From an uncultured bacterium (GTDB taxonomy: Bacteria > Muiribacteriota > UBA9980): a stretch of DNA of 53,729 nt. Below, one piece after another: positions 17,762 to 27,006 of this stretch (its first letter is position 1; each line of letters opens with the position of its first letter). The DNA is taken from assembly GCA_964436235.1 (NCBI GenBank), contig CAYTCW010000008.1:2006-55734 (forward strand), given 5' to 3'. Made by a program: the position numbers and the translations under genes. The notes under the pieces are model-generated. The model was not told the origin of the DNA, did not search any database, and worked only from the letters and a program-made list of their open reading frames with translations.

Positions 17762-18727
17762 TTAATCCTCCTGAGGCGCTGTTACAGTAATTGTGGTTGT
17801 GGCATTCGCGCTGTTAACCGTTCCGTCGTTTACGACCGTATAAATAACCCTGTTAGTCGTATCGATTTCAGAGGTCTCGGCGTTATAAAATTTAATGAGC
17901 TGTGCCGCCGCTTTATATTCGGCTATGGTTGCATGTCCTGTCAAAGTAACCGTTATAGCGCCGGGCGTCGCGGTGTCGTTTACAACCGCGAATGTGCCGA
18001 GTAGGTCAACCTCGGCCGTTAACAGAACGTCGCTCGTTTTTGCATTCGACAAAAGCATTGTAAGCGATTCCATGTAAGTATCGTCGGGATCTACAATATT
18101 ACATTCCGTCGATGCTACTGCAATTTCGGTAGAGCCGCCCTCATAAGCGGTTTCATAATCTAAGGTTGCAGGGCCGCCCATGTAAAGCGCGGGCGCGTCA
18201 TTTACGGCGGTTATAACTACCGAAGTAGTGCAAATATTACTATTATCATTGCCGTTGCTGACATAAATAGTTACCTCGCGAGTCGTCGTGTCGGGATTGT
18301 CGGACGAATTGGTATATTTCACGTTCTGCAACATTGTTTTATAAGTCGCAAAACTCGCATTACCGGTTGTGGTCAATGTATAAATACCGGTGCCGCTTGT
18401 AACCGCTGGTGTAAAAAGTGAATTTACTCCCGAATAATCGAGACTGTCGCCTGTTTTAGCGTTCGTGATATTAAAAACCGCATATTTTAACTGTGCTGGT
18501 GATGTCGCGGTAATGTTAACATCCGTGTCGGCGAGTATTACCGCCGAACCGTTTTCGGTAAAGGTTACTTCATACCCCGTACCGGCGCCGGATGTGTCCA
18601 GATCTAAAACCGGAATACGCCGGTCGCGGTTAAAAGATGTTAAATCAACGCTTTTGGCATATAAAAAGCCGAAAAGCGTAAGTCCAACAAATATAGCGAT
18701 CAGCATTATCGATAATATTTTTTTCAT
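17762..18727 (-). CDS. Ig/cadherin-like repeat protein with an N-terminal signal or anchor (possible head decoration protein)
   Basis: N-terminus MKKILSIMLIAIFVGLTLFGFLYA. Two similar beta-rich repeats and a VNDAP motif. SD GGAGGAG. Located just after the capsid gene. Confidence 0.5.
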   Translation of the reverse strand: MKKILSIMLIAIFVGLTLFGFLYAKSVDLTSFNRDRRIPVLDLDTSGAGTGYEVTFTENGSAVILADTDVNITATSPAQLKYAVFNITNAKTGDSLDYSGVNSLFTPAVTSGTGIYTLTTTGNASFATYKTMLQNVKYTNSSDNPDTTTREVTIYVSNGNDNSNICTTSVVITAVNDAPALYMGGPATLDYETAYEGGSTEIAVASTECNIVDPDDTYMESLTMLLSNAKTSDVLLTAEVDLLGTFAVVNDTATPGAITVTLTGHATIAEYKAAAQLIKFYNAETSEIDTTNRVIYTVVNDGTVNSANATTTITVTAPQED

Positions 18728-18744
18728 TTCTTTAACTCCTCCGC

Positions 18745-18778
18745 ATTAAAACAGAGCGAGCTCGAAAGCCCGCCCTGT
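18745..18778 (-). terminator. Intrinsic terminator after the major capsid gene
   Basis: 11-bp stem including two G.U pairs (acagggcgggc/gctcgctctgt on the minus strand), followed by TTTTAAT. Confidence 0.55.
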
Positions 18779-18809
18779 ATTTTAGTTTAATCGTTAATTA
18801 TTGCCGCGA

Positions 18810-19847
18810 CTACGCTTTAAGTTTGTGATAAAACTTAACGATACGCACAGCTTTAGGCTCGTAAACGAGCTGCCATGAAGTACCTGTCGCGAGAACGTCG
18901 TTAGTCGGAAATTCTTCTTCGCCAAGGTCGGGCGCAGTCCATTTAACGCCGCGCGGGTGAAGAATCATGGTTTTTCTGTTCACGAGCACGTCTTCGCCTT
19001 TCAACGAATCGCGGCCGACTTCCACGGGTACGACGCCTTTATATTTGCCCGTGCCAAGTGCGATAGCGCCCTGACCGAAAATATACGAAACGTATTTACC
19101 GGTATCGGGTACGGGGCATTTATCGTTAACTATAACGCGTTTGCCCATGAAAAATTCGAGATCGGGCGATCCGTCCGATGGCTTAACCGTGGCGATAAGG
19201 TTCTGTTTCACTAACGACGCGCGGGTCGCGGAGTGTATCATAACGCCGGTAAGCAGTTCCTGTGCGTCGCCCATTAGAGCCAGCGCATCCACGAATGAGT
19301 TAGCGGTGAAGCACGCCGCGTCGTTCGATTCGCCGGTGATATCGTGTACTTTATCCGCCATTGTGGCCGCGCCGAAAACGCCCTCGAGTATTTTGAGAAG
19401 CGTGAGCTGTAAATCGCGCGCCCAGAAGCCGCCGACGAGTGAAGCTATAGCCGCCATCGGGTCAGCGCCCGCGAGCAGACCGGCCAGATCGTTAGTGGAC
19501 CATGCTTTGCCGCGTGCGAGCAGTACGGCCACATCGGAGCCGGTAGTGATTTTGCCCGGAGTCAACGCGCGGTCGTCGTGAAGCACTTCAGATTCACCGG
19601 TAAGGTCTTTGAAATAGGGCATTGCTATAGTGCGGCCGCCGCCATTCGCCAGCTTGTCGAATTCGGCCGTATTTTCGATAATGCCCGACGCCACGAGGTT
19701 CGACTGTTCCATTGTTTTCTGAATGGAATAATCGCTGAATTTTTCGGGGATTATGATATCCGAAATTTTTGTAGTGTCCGCGCGGCATACGCTCGGAAGC
19801 ACCATAACGAGAATTGAAACTATGGATAAAATAAGAGCTAAAAACAT
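18810..19847 (-). CDS. Major capsid protein, SPP1 gp13-like
   Basis: TKISDIIIPEKFSDY..GGGRTIAMPYFKDL..GKAWSTNDLA..MIHSATRASLVKQNLI..HPRGVKW..VRIVKFYHKLKA matches the SPP1 gp13 family pattern as I recall it. SD AGGAGG lies 8 nt before the ATG at 19847. Confidence 0.85.
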   Translation of the reverse strand: MFLALILSIVSILVMVLPSVCRADTTKISDIIIPEKFSDYSIQKTMEQSNLVASGIIENTAEFDKLANGGGRTIAMPYFKDLTGESEVLHDDRALTPGKITTGSDVAVLLARGKAWSTNDLAGLLAGADPMAAIASLVGGFWARDLQLTLLKILEGVFGAATMADKVHDITGESNDAACFTANSFVDALALMGDAQELLTGVMIHSATRASLVKQNLIATVKPSDGSPDLEFFMGKRVIVNDKCPVPDTGKYVSYIFGQGAIALGTGKYKGVVPVEVGRDSLKGEDVLVNRKTMILHPRGVKWTAPDLGEEEFPTNDVLATGTSWQLVYEPKAVRIVKFYHKLKA

Positions 19848-19900
19848 TTTAATTCCTCCTGATTTTAATTTGATTTTTTTTGTTTGTTGTTAAAAGCCTG

Positions 19901-20638
19901 TTATTGCTTTTCGTTTTTGGCTATTGAGGCTAATTTAGCCGCTTTTTCCGGCTCTTTCTTTTCGAGTATCATTTGCTGTGTGAGGTTGAAACTCTTTTTG
20001 GAGTAAGGATTCGGTTCAGAGTTACCGCTGCCGCTCGATGAACCGGCGCCAGGCGGCGTGTTATTTCTTACCGCCCATGGATTGGCGTCAAGCCAGCTTT
20101 TTACGCCTTCCTCGAAAGGAAGTTCTTCGTCTCCGTTTTTGAAAATAATCTTTTCGTCATCCGTTACCGCGATTTTTTCCAGAATTAGTTTTGATATTTC
20201 TTCCGGTTTAACTGTGTCTTTAAGCGCCGCCATGGCTTTGTTAATTTTTAACTGTTGAATTCTCTTGGCTTCGCTTGCCTGGGCTTTTTCTTCGCTTTCT
20301 TTCAGCTTTGCTTCGAGCTTTTTAAGCTGATTTTCGAACTTTGAAACGTCGCTCGGTTTGGTGCCTGATTTCCGTAAAGCGGTTAATTCAGATAACGCGC
20401 CGTCAAGGTCGTCATCTTCTTTTAGCTCGAGTGTTTCGACGATTTTTTTGTAACGGGTTTCGAGTTCGCGGGCTTTTTCACCTTCCGTCTTAGCTTTCGT
20501 GCGATATCCGGCGGCCTCGTCATTTCTGGCCTTGAATTCTGCCTTTAACACTGTTGCCATTTCGGGACCGTTTTCGATAAGCGGTTTGCCCTCCGCGTCT
20601 TTTTTTTCGAGTAAAGCGTAAATTTCCTGTAATGTCAT
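19901..20638 (-). CDS. Scaffolding protein
   Basis: 245 aa, charged coiled-coil, directly upstream of the capsid gene. Confidence 0.7.
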   Translation of the reverse strand: MTLQEIYALLEKKDAEGKPLIENGPEMATVLKAEFKARNDEAAGYRTKAKTEGEKARELETRYKKIVETLELKEDDDLDGALSELTALRKSGTKPSDVSKFENQLKKLEAKLKESEEKAQASEAKRIQQLKINKAMAALKDTVKPEEISKLILEKIAVTDDEKIIFKNGDEELPFEEGVKSWLDANPWAVRNNTPPGAGSSSGSGNSEPNPYSKKSFNLTQQMILEKKEPEKAAKLASIAKNEKQ

Positions 20639-20698
20639 TTGGGTAACTTCCTTTCGCCTTCAAGGCTATTTATAATTTTGCGCGTCAAGCGCGGGTTT

Positions 20699-21100
20699 TT
20701 ACTTTATAAATTTAATTAATTCTGGATTATCGCGTATTACCTGAAGCATACCTTTCGCGATCTCGTTAACTAATTTTTCCATCTGATCGTTATCCTGTGG
20801 CAATAAATCTTTTATGTCGCGCTCCTGAGCGATAGCGTGAACGATCTCGTGCATAAGCGTTACTTTCTGGTTTGGAAGCGAAACATCGGCGTTTGCAATT
20901 TCAATCTCTGATGTAACGTAATCGATCGCGCCGAACACCAACCGGCCGTTAAGGAATACCTTTTCTTTCGATATGATTTTATAATCTACGTTATCAACTT
21001 TTACGCTCCCGGGCATAATAGAAAGGAACCCTGAAAGCGCTTCTTTCATTTGTTCCTGGTTAACTGTTTTTTCGTAAAATTCGGGTTTTTGAAATTTCAT
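20699..21100 (-). CDS. Small HExxH (putative zinc metallopeptidase-like) protein
   Basis: 133 aa with the motif VTLMHEIVHAI. A partial paralogue lies at the right window edge (53547..53729). Confidence 0.5.
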   Translation of the reverse strand: MKFQKPEFYEKTVNQEQMKEALSGFLSIMPGSVKVDNVDYKIISKEKVFLNGRLVFGAIDYVTSEIEIANADVSLPNQKVTLMHEIVHAIAQERDIKDLLPQDNDQMEKLVNEIAKGMLQVIRDNPELIKFIK

Positions 21101-22287
21101 TATGCTGTTCCTTTCGTTTTAAAATCCGATCGAGCCAGACGAGGATTCGGATCGCTATGTCCTTTCCAATTGTTTAAAATATCCTGCCAGCCATTACCGC
21201 GCTTAAAAGCCTCGTTACCTTTATATCCCATAAGCGCGTCGCGTTCGCCTTCGGTTAATGATTTCAAGTATTTTTCGCCGCTTGAATCTATTTTATCGTT
21301 TCGTTTCAGGCCATCAAATTCGCCGTCAATGACTTCCGATAAATTACACATGCAATGCGGATGAGCTGGATGCGGCGGCATTTTATCTTTTGGATAAGTA
21401 CCGCGCCCAAGTCCGTATAAATCTGCATTAGCGTGAAAGTCGCAAATATCATATACCGGATGACGGCTTGATAAATCCCAACGATAGCCAACTACATCCG
21501 AATCGTCATAAGTTTGAGCATAAAAACCGTCGCTCCATGCGCGCGATATTTCCGTCCTGGCTATCCGCTCCGAATAATAACGCGCCACTTCGTTTGTAGC
21601 AACATAAATCGATTTGTTAATGGCTTTCTGGTTGAGATCTTCGGCGGCTCTTACTAATTGAGAATACGCGGCTTTTAGTGCCTTGGTGGGCGCGCCGTTA
21701 CCTGCCAGAGCTTCAATGTTTGCTTTAGCCTCGGCGAGTCTTTTTATAAGCTCCGGGTCTTTAACTGTCCGGGCCGCCCGCGCCGCGTCGATCAGTTCGT
21801 TAAGATACTTCGGCAATTCACCCGGCTTTAACTTGCCGCCGTAACCATAACCGTCGTAAAGATCGCGCGCGAGTTTAACTACAGTTGCGCCTTCTTTCAT
21901 ACTGGCCTTAATGGTCTGCGTTATTTTTTCTCTTATTATTGGTTTAAAGCCATAAAGCCGAGTCGATAAATTTGTTTTATCACCCGTCCACGGCATAGAA
22001 TTGAGCTTGCTGATTATATTTATCTTTGCTGTCGGTATTATGATTTTAGCATCGATGCCAAAACCTATCGCGGCCGCTTCAAAAAGTTTTTCGTTTAAAA
22101 CATCATGATTTTTCTTAAAAAAATCACTTTCTTTTAAAACCGTCGCTACTGCTTTTTCAACCGTTAATTGGCCTTTATTAATAAGGGCAATGACGCGATT
22201 AGCGACCTTCATAGCTAACTTTTGATATTCTTTCGAATACCCTGCCGTCAGCCGGCTAATCGCGTTCAAAGTTTGTTTTTTATTCAT
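21100..22287 (-). CDS. Head morphogenesis protein, SPP1 gp7 / Mu F-like
   Basis: C-terminal motif RWDLSSRHPVYDICDFHANADLYGLGRGTYPKDKMPPHPAHPHCMCNL. Located after the portal gene. Confidence 0.8.
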   Translation of the reverse strand: MNKKQTLNAISRLTAGYSKEYQKLAMKVANRVIALINKGQLTVEKAVATVLKESDFFKKNHDVLNEKLFEAAAIGFGIDAKIIIPTAKINIISKLNSMPWTGDKTNLSTRLYGFKPIIREKITQTIKASMKEGATVVKLARDLYDGYGYGGKLKPGELPKYLNELIDAARAARTVKDPELIKRLAEAKANIEALAGNGAPTKALKAAYSQLVRAAEDLNQKAINKSIYVATNEVARYYSERIARTEISRAWSDGFYAQTYDDSDVVGYRWDLSSRHPVYDICDFHANADLYGLGRGTYPKDKMPPHPAHPHCMCNLSEVIDGEFDGLKRNDKIDSSGEKYLKSLTEGERDALMGYKGNEAFKRGNGWQDILNNWKGHSDPNPRLARSDFKTKGTA

Positions 22288-22305
22288 ACTCGCCCTTTAA
22301 ACTTC

Positions 22306-23682
22306 TTATTCTTCGCTTTCCGACTCCGTTTCGTCGTCGTTATATACTTTTTCAGCGTTTATTTTATCGATAGCCATTTGCTCGGCCTCTGCCAGTATAT
22401 CTTTTTTAGTTTTGTCGTCAACGCCGGGAGCATAAGCCGTCAAGACCTTCTGGACGACCACTTTATCAAAAGCCGCTCCAAGTCTTAATGTTTGAGCCTT
22501 GAGCGCGTTATCGAGTTCGGCCGTCACGTCGGTTACCGAAAAATCGTTTGGATAGGTGACGGAATAATTGATCGCCTGATTCGTCCAGAAGGAGTATAGC
22601 ATTACGACTTCCGCTTCGGCGTACTGGCATTGAAACGCAAAATCCGAAAGCGTATTATTAAGGCTTTCGTAATCCCACTGTTTAGCTTTGCCGCTTAACG
22701 CTTCTTTAACGCCGGTAACATTACTGGTTCCGGCCATACGATATATTTCCGCGATAAGCATATCAATTTCGGAAATTATCATGTTTGCCGGTTCCGGCGA
22801 TGGCGCGATAAATGCCGGCGCGAAGTGAGATTTTTCACCATCAAAACCAATCGCGTTGTTTACGCCGATCGTCAGATCGACCGGCTGCGTACTCGGATAG
22901 GTAAAAAGTGAAAACGCTTGACCTATTAATATCTCATCGAGCCATGAACAACGGTTGAATAACTGTTTATTAGTTTTTGCAATTGACATAAATTCCGACT
23001 GCGGCAATAAATTAGTAGGCACGTCAACGCTCGCCTTGAATTGAACGATCGGAACGCGCCCGATAGGATTATCACCGCGATCTATTATATCGCCGCCGTC
23101 GTTTTGCAACTGCCATTCATAGGGCGTCCAGACGCGCGTATTCATTTTAGTTGAATCTTGCTCGTCAGGCTCGATGTATGAGAAATAAAGCAATTTCCCT
23201 GTTTTTGTGATGTAATATTCCTTAACCGCCGCCGGATCGATTAAAAAGCAGTAAGGAAACGCGCGTTCTTCTATAACGGCGGCCTTCGTTAGCGGCTGTT
23301 CTTTCGGTGTATCGATAGCGATAAAAATACAGCCTTTTAATTTAGCGAGCGTCGCCGCGTATTTTATAAAGCGCTCTAACGGAGTATTGCCGCCGTCAAC
23401 GTCTTTTAAAAACTGCTGATAAACGGCCTCGTTACTGCCGGTATCACGCACGGCCGCTTTGCGAAAAATAGGATTTACGTGAGCGTTAACAAGCGGTTTT
23501 GTGTAGTTCAAATAATAAGCCAATTTTTGGCGCCGCTGGTACTTCGCTAAAACTTCGCGCTCATGCTGTATCAAGTAGCTGGCGTCGTTGAAACCGCCGG
23601 AGCCATAAAAAGCATGTTCGAGAAGCGGATAATCGTTTTCGGACGTTGCCGTAACGACTTTAAATGTATTTTCCGGTGGCAT
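22306..23682 (-). CDS. Portal protein
   Basis: 458 aa, between TerL and the gp7-like gene, with an acidic C-terminal tail. The call rests mainly on synteny. Confidence 0.7.
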   Translation of the reverse strand: MPPENTFKVVTATSENDYPLLEHAFYGSGGFNDASYLIQHEREVLAKYQRRQKLAYYLNYTKPLVNAHVNPIFRKAAVRDTGSNEAVYQQFLKDVDGGNTPLERFIKYAATLAKLKGCIFIAIDTPKEQPLTKAAVIEERAFPYCFLIDPAAVKEYYITKTGKLLYFSYIEPDEQDSTKMNTRVWTPYEWQLQNDGGDIIDRGDNPIGRVPIVQFKASVDVPTNLLPQSEFMSIAKTNKQLFNRCSWLDEILIGQAFSLFTYPSTQPVDLTIGVNNAIGFDGEKSHFAPAFIAPSPEPANMIISEIDMLIAEIYRMAGTSNVTGVKEALSGKAKQWDYESLNNTLSDFAFQCQYAEAEVVMLYSFWTNQAINYSVTYPNDFSVTDVTAELDNALKAQTLRLGAAFDKVVVQKVLTAYAPGVDDKTKKDILAEAEQMAIDKINAEKVYNDDETESESEE

Positions 23683-23700
23683 GTTTATCAGTCCTTTATG

Positions 23701-25122
23701 TTAAAAATTAATTATTCCGACCCATGGAAGCGCTCTGTTTGATATATTTGTGAGCGCCTGCGACATAGCATCGACTTGATCGTCGTTAGCGCCATTCGGA
23801 AACGACGCACATTCATCGACAAATTCGTTAATCCACGGTTTTACGAGCGGAGCCGGTAAAAATACATTACCGCTTTCACATTCGGGCGTTACCGCTTGTG
23901 CTCTGACTACTTTACCGCCTTCGGGTTTGACCTCGATTAACCCGACGATCTTTCTTTTGAGTGTCGATATAACCGCCGGTCCGTTTGCCTTATCCTCGAC
24001 TAATTTTCTTTTAGCCGCCGGATATCTGGCCGACAGGGAAATGATAGCCTGGACAGATGCCGGAAAGTCCATTCGGGCGCGAACCTGATCGATAAGATAA
24101 CGGTCCGCGCCGAGTACGCCCCAGACCTGACCGACTACAAAATCCGAATCGCTCGTTTCCTTAAAAGCGAAATCCCACGATTGCAGTATTTCATCGAACT
24201 TTGCCGGCAAAACGGTGTAATATTTCCACCAGGTGCGCTTGAATATCTGGCCGTCTTCTGCGGCGGGTTTCTGTTGATATAAAGCCGCCCATAACCGCGA
24301 GCCGATAGCCCGCTTGGTATTTTCGTATTCTGACGGCGGAAAGCGTTCGGGCCACAGATATTCGCCGGGCTTGCGTTTTAACGAATCGTTTTGCTCGGCG
24401 ACGGCGGGCAAGTTTATAACTTCCCATTCTTCGCCGTTGCCTGCTTTAGCTTCGCTTAACAATTTACCGGCGAGATCGTCTTCGTGCCATCTGGTCATTA
24501 CGATGACAATAGAGCCGCCCGGAGCCAATCGAGTGCGTGCGGTTGATAAGTACCAATCCCACACGTTTTTTCGTATGGTTTCACTTGCGGCATCCTGCCA
24601 GTTCTTAAACGCATCGTCTATAATCAAACAGTTCGCGCCACGGCCGGTTATCGGCCCCCCGACGCCCGCGGCCATTAAACCGCCTCGAGCGCCTTCGAGA
24701 CCCCAGCGGCCCACAGCCGAACTATCACGAGCGATTTCGACATTAAAAAGCGAAGCGTGTTCGCGTAAAGTATTTCTTGCGATGCGCGAAAAATCAAGCG
24801 CGAGATCAGCGCTATACGACGATATAATGATTTCTTTTTCAGGATTCCGGCCGAGATACCAGGCAGGAAACTTTTTGGAAACTACTTCAGATTTGCCGTG
24901 TCGTGGCGGAAGAAAGACCATGAGCCTTTTTATTTCGCCGCGCTCAACCGCTTCGAGCTTTTGACACAATAAATCCAGATGTTTAGCATCGCGCCATGTG
25001 CCGCGCCCATCGTATAGCAAAAAACTTTTAAGACGGCGTTTAGCCTTTTCCCGTGCTATCATCTCCGGAGTTACAAGACTTAATACGGCTTGATATTTCT
25101 TCGAGTTTTTCAAGTTCTTCAT
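23701..25122 (-). CDS. terL: Terminase large subunit
   Basis: Walker A-like PPRHGKSEV, Walker B CLIIDDAF, and the C-terminal nuclease motif GANDDQVDAMSQAL. Confidence 0.9.
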   Translation of the reverse strand: MKNLKNSKKYQAVLSLVTPEMIAREKAKRRLKSFLLYDGRGTWRDAKHLDLLCQKLEAVERGEIKRLMVFLPPRHGKSEVVSKKFPAWYLGRNPEKEIIISSYSADLALDFSRIARNTLREHASLFNVEIARDSSAVGRWGLEGARGGLMAAGVGGPITGRGANCLIIDDAFKNWQDAASETIRKNVWDWYLSTARTRLAPGGSIVIVMTRWHEDDLAGKLLSEAKAGNGEEWEVINLPAVAEQNDSLKRKPGEYLWPERFPPSEYENTKRAIGSRLWAALYQQKPAAEDGQIFKRTWWKYYTVLPAKFDEILQSWDFAFKETSDSDFVVGQVWGVLGADRYLIDQVRARMDFPASVQAIISLSARYPAAKRKLVEDKANGPAVISTLKRKIVGLIEVKPEGGKVVRAQAVTPECESGNVFLPAPLVKPWINEFVDECASFPNGANDDQVDAMSQALTNISNRALPWVGIINF

Positions 25123-25591
25123 CGGTCAATCCCGACAAGTCAATATCTGTGTTCTTGACTTCTATCGGGCCTCCGTTCTTGCCTGTTAGTTCGGTTTCAC
25201 GTTTCTCTCTCCACTTATCAGGTTGGCGGTTTTTGAGCCAGAAGATCTGGGCCGTAGTGTTAGGCAGAGCATATTTTTTTACCGCCATAACAAAACCGTC
25301 TTTTGTTAAAACTTCTTCAGTATATTCAAAACCCAGTGCGTTACGGAGCAGGGCACCGACGACCTGGTTGTCAACGACCTCTTTGTTTTCCTTTAGGGCC
25401 GTCATCAATGCCGGATAGAGACGTTTCCAGTAAGTGAATGTCGTCTGGCCAATATTTAACTTTTTGCACATTTCAAGCTCGGTAAGACCGTCACGGGCAT
25501 AGGCTTTTACTCGTTCGAGTATTTCTTCGTTATATTTTCCCTTTCTTCCGGGTTTGCTTTTGATTGTTTTTTTCTTTGTCACGGCTCTCAC
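25040..25591 (-). CDS. terS: Terminase small subunit
   Basis: N-terminal HTH (GLTELEMCKKLNIGQTTFTYW) and ..AQIFWLKNRQPDKWREKRE. Overlaps the terL start. GTG start. Confidence 0.7.
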   Translation of the reverse strand: MRAVTKKKTIKSKPGRKGKYNEEILERVKAYARDGLTELEMCKKLNIGQTTFTYWKRLYPALMTALKENKEVVDNQVVGALLRNALGFEYTEEVLTKDGFVMAVKKYALPNTTAQIFWLKNRQPDKWREKRETELTGKNGGPIEVKNTDIDLSGLTDEELEKLEEISSRIKSCNSGDDSTGKG

Positions 25592-25611
25592 CGCCTTTCG
25601 TTAAAATAATA

Positions 25612-25688
25612 TGAGCGCGTACTGGATTCGCACCAGTGCTGAAACCGTGTGGGTTATACGGCCCGCCTTGCTAACTCGGCCAACGCGC
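25612..25688 (-). tRNA. tRNA-like element with a non-canonical anticodon arm and T-loop (possible pseudo-tRNA)
   Basis: Minus-strand fold: acceptor GGCGCGT/ACGCGCT, TG, D-arm GCC-GAGTTAGCAA-GGC, T-arm ACTGG-TGCGAAT-CCAGT. The anticodon stem GCCGT/ACGGT closes a 9-nt loop ATAACCCAC. T-loop position 55 is G. Confidence 0.35.
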
Positions 25689-25691
25689 CCG

Positions 25692-25722
25692 CAAAAGAAA
25701 AGCCCCGACATGTACGCCGGGG
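25692..25722 (-). terminator. Intrinsic terminator
   Basis: Minus strand: GCCCCGGCGTACATGTCGGGGC followed by TTTTCTTTT. Confidence 0.6.
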
Positions 25723-25825
25723 CCTTCTGTTACGAATGTTCACCATGTGTTCGTTGCATTACTGATCCATGATACTATAATAACACATCCAAACGGCTAA
25801 AAAGTCTAAGACTTTTTTTATTTTT

Positions 25826-26314
25826 CTAAATTATTTTTATTATGTGAAGTTCGGCGGCGACCATACCCGCGAAATTAATAATACCGTCCAGCCAATTATA
25901 ATACGTTGCTTTGTCGATTCCGATTTCCATGTAAGTAGCTTCAGGCCTTTCTTTTTTTACATATCGCCATTTAATTAAATCAGCCGCAAGCGGGCATGTG
26001 CCTTCTGTGAATTTACGCTGTGTCCTTTCGATGACCTTCAGCCAGCGTTCCGGCCATTCTATGAGCTCAGCTTTTTTTTGTCCTGGTGTGATTTCAACTT
26101 CAATGGTAACGCTCGGTATATCGGCTAATTGCATGCCGCGCCAGCCGACGGGATCGCCTGTTCTATTGGTAGGGCTCGCGCCTATGTTTTCATGCATGCC
26201 GCCGTTAGCTTTGATAATTTTTTCGCGTTCAAGTTCGACGGCTTTCAGTATTTTATCGCGATAAAAGAACCGTTTTTCAATAGTTTTTCGAGTTTCGCGT
26301 GAAAGAATTTCCAA
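25826..26314 (-). CDS. Late-gene transcriptional activator, ArpU/RinA-like (sigma region-4-like HTH)
   Basis: 162 aa, immediately upstream of the packaging genes. C-terminal ..EATYMEIGIDKATYYNWLDGII.. HTH. TTG start. Confidence 0.5.
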   Translation of the reverse strand: MEILSRETRKTIEKRFFYRDKILKAVELEREKIIKANGGMHENIGASPTNRTGDPVGWRGMQLADIPSVTIEVEITPGQKKAELIEWPERWLKVIERTQRKFTEGTCPLAADLIKWRYVKKERPEATYMEIGIDKATYYNWLDGIINFAGMVAAELHIIKII

Positions 26315-26336
26315 AAGTACACAACCCCTTTCTTAC

Positions 26337-26756
26337 TTATAACCTTGTGATAGTTATTTCCAGACGTGGTATCTCATCGTAATATTTAGCCGTGCCGTCG
26401 TAGCTGACGATCTGCGAGTCATCGACGAAAACGAGCTTGTTTAAACTGTCCTCGCATAGCCAGATGATATTTTTGATATCGGGACGCGATATAGGTCTGA
26501 TGATTCCGGACAGCGCGGCGTCTCGTTTTTTAAAAGACCACGAAATCGGTATTTCACGATATTCGATAACGGCCAGGTTGATAGGTCCGGACCATCTCGG
26601 CCATTGCCCGTGAAGCGCTTCAAGTGCGGCGGCCTGTATTCGGTGCTTATATTCGGCCGTATTCGGGCGGTCAAAAAACTTTACGAATCTTCCTTGCGAA
26701 TTGACTCCGGGCCTTTCCTGCGGCTGTGCCTTCCCGTGTACTGTAAACCTGAGCAT
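26337..26756 (-). CDS. rusA: RusA-family Holliday junction resolvase
   Basis: FTVHGKAQPQERP.. and RPDIKNIIWLCEDSLNKLVFVDDSQIV motifs. I prefer the internal ATG at 26756 with SD AAGGGTG. Confidence 0.8.
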   Translation of the reverse strand: MLRFTVHGKAQPQERPGVNSQGRFVKFFDRPNTAEYKHRIQAAALEALHGQWPRWSGPINLAVIEYREIPISWSFKKRDAALSGIIRPISRPDIKNIIWLCEDSLNKLVFVDDSQIVSYDGTAKYYDEIPRLEITITRL

Positions 26757-26855
26757 AACGTTCACCCTTTCGATATTGGCGGAGCCGGACGGGCGCAAAC
26801 CGTCAAGATGTACACATCCTCGCCTTTAGCTTGCATTACGGCCCCATAGTCTTTA

Positions 26856-27002
26856 TTATCTTTCGTAATTTATTGCCCGAGCTATATCACGCAAATAGGG
26901 ATTGTCTTTCATTTCGCGTTTAAACTGTTCAAGATCGAGCGAGTCAAAATATAATTTTAGTGTTTGAACGAGGCCATGAGAGTTAATTTGAACTTGCGTC
27001 AT
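26856..27002 (-). CDS. Hypothetical small protein (48 aa, below the ORF-track cutoff)
   Basis: My translation is MTQVQINSHGLVQTLKLYFDSLDLEQFKREMKDNPYLRDIARAINYER. It fills a gap in the operon. Confidence 0.3.
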   Translation of the reverse strand: MTQVQINSHGLVQTLKLYFDSLDLEQFKREMKDNPYLRDIARAINYER

Positions 27003-27006
27003 AAAA

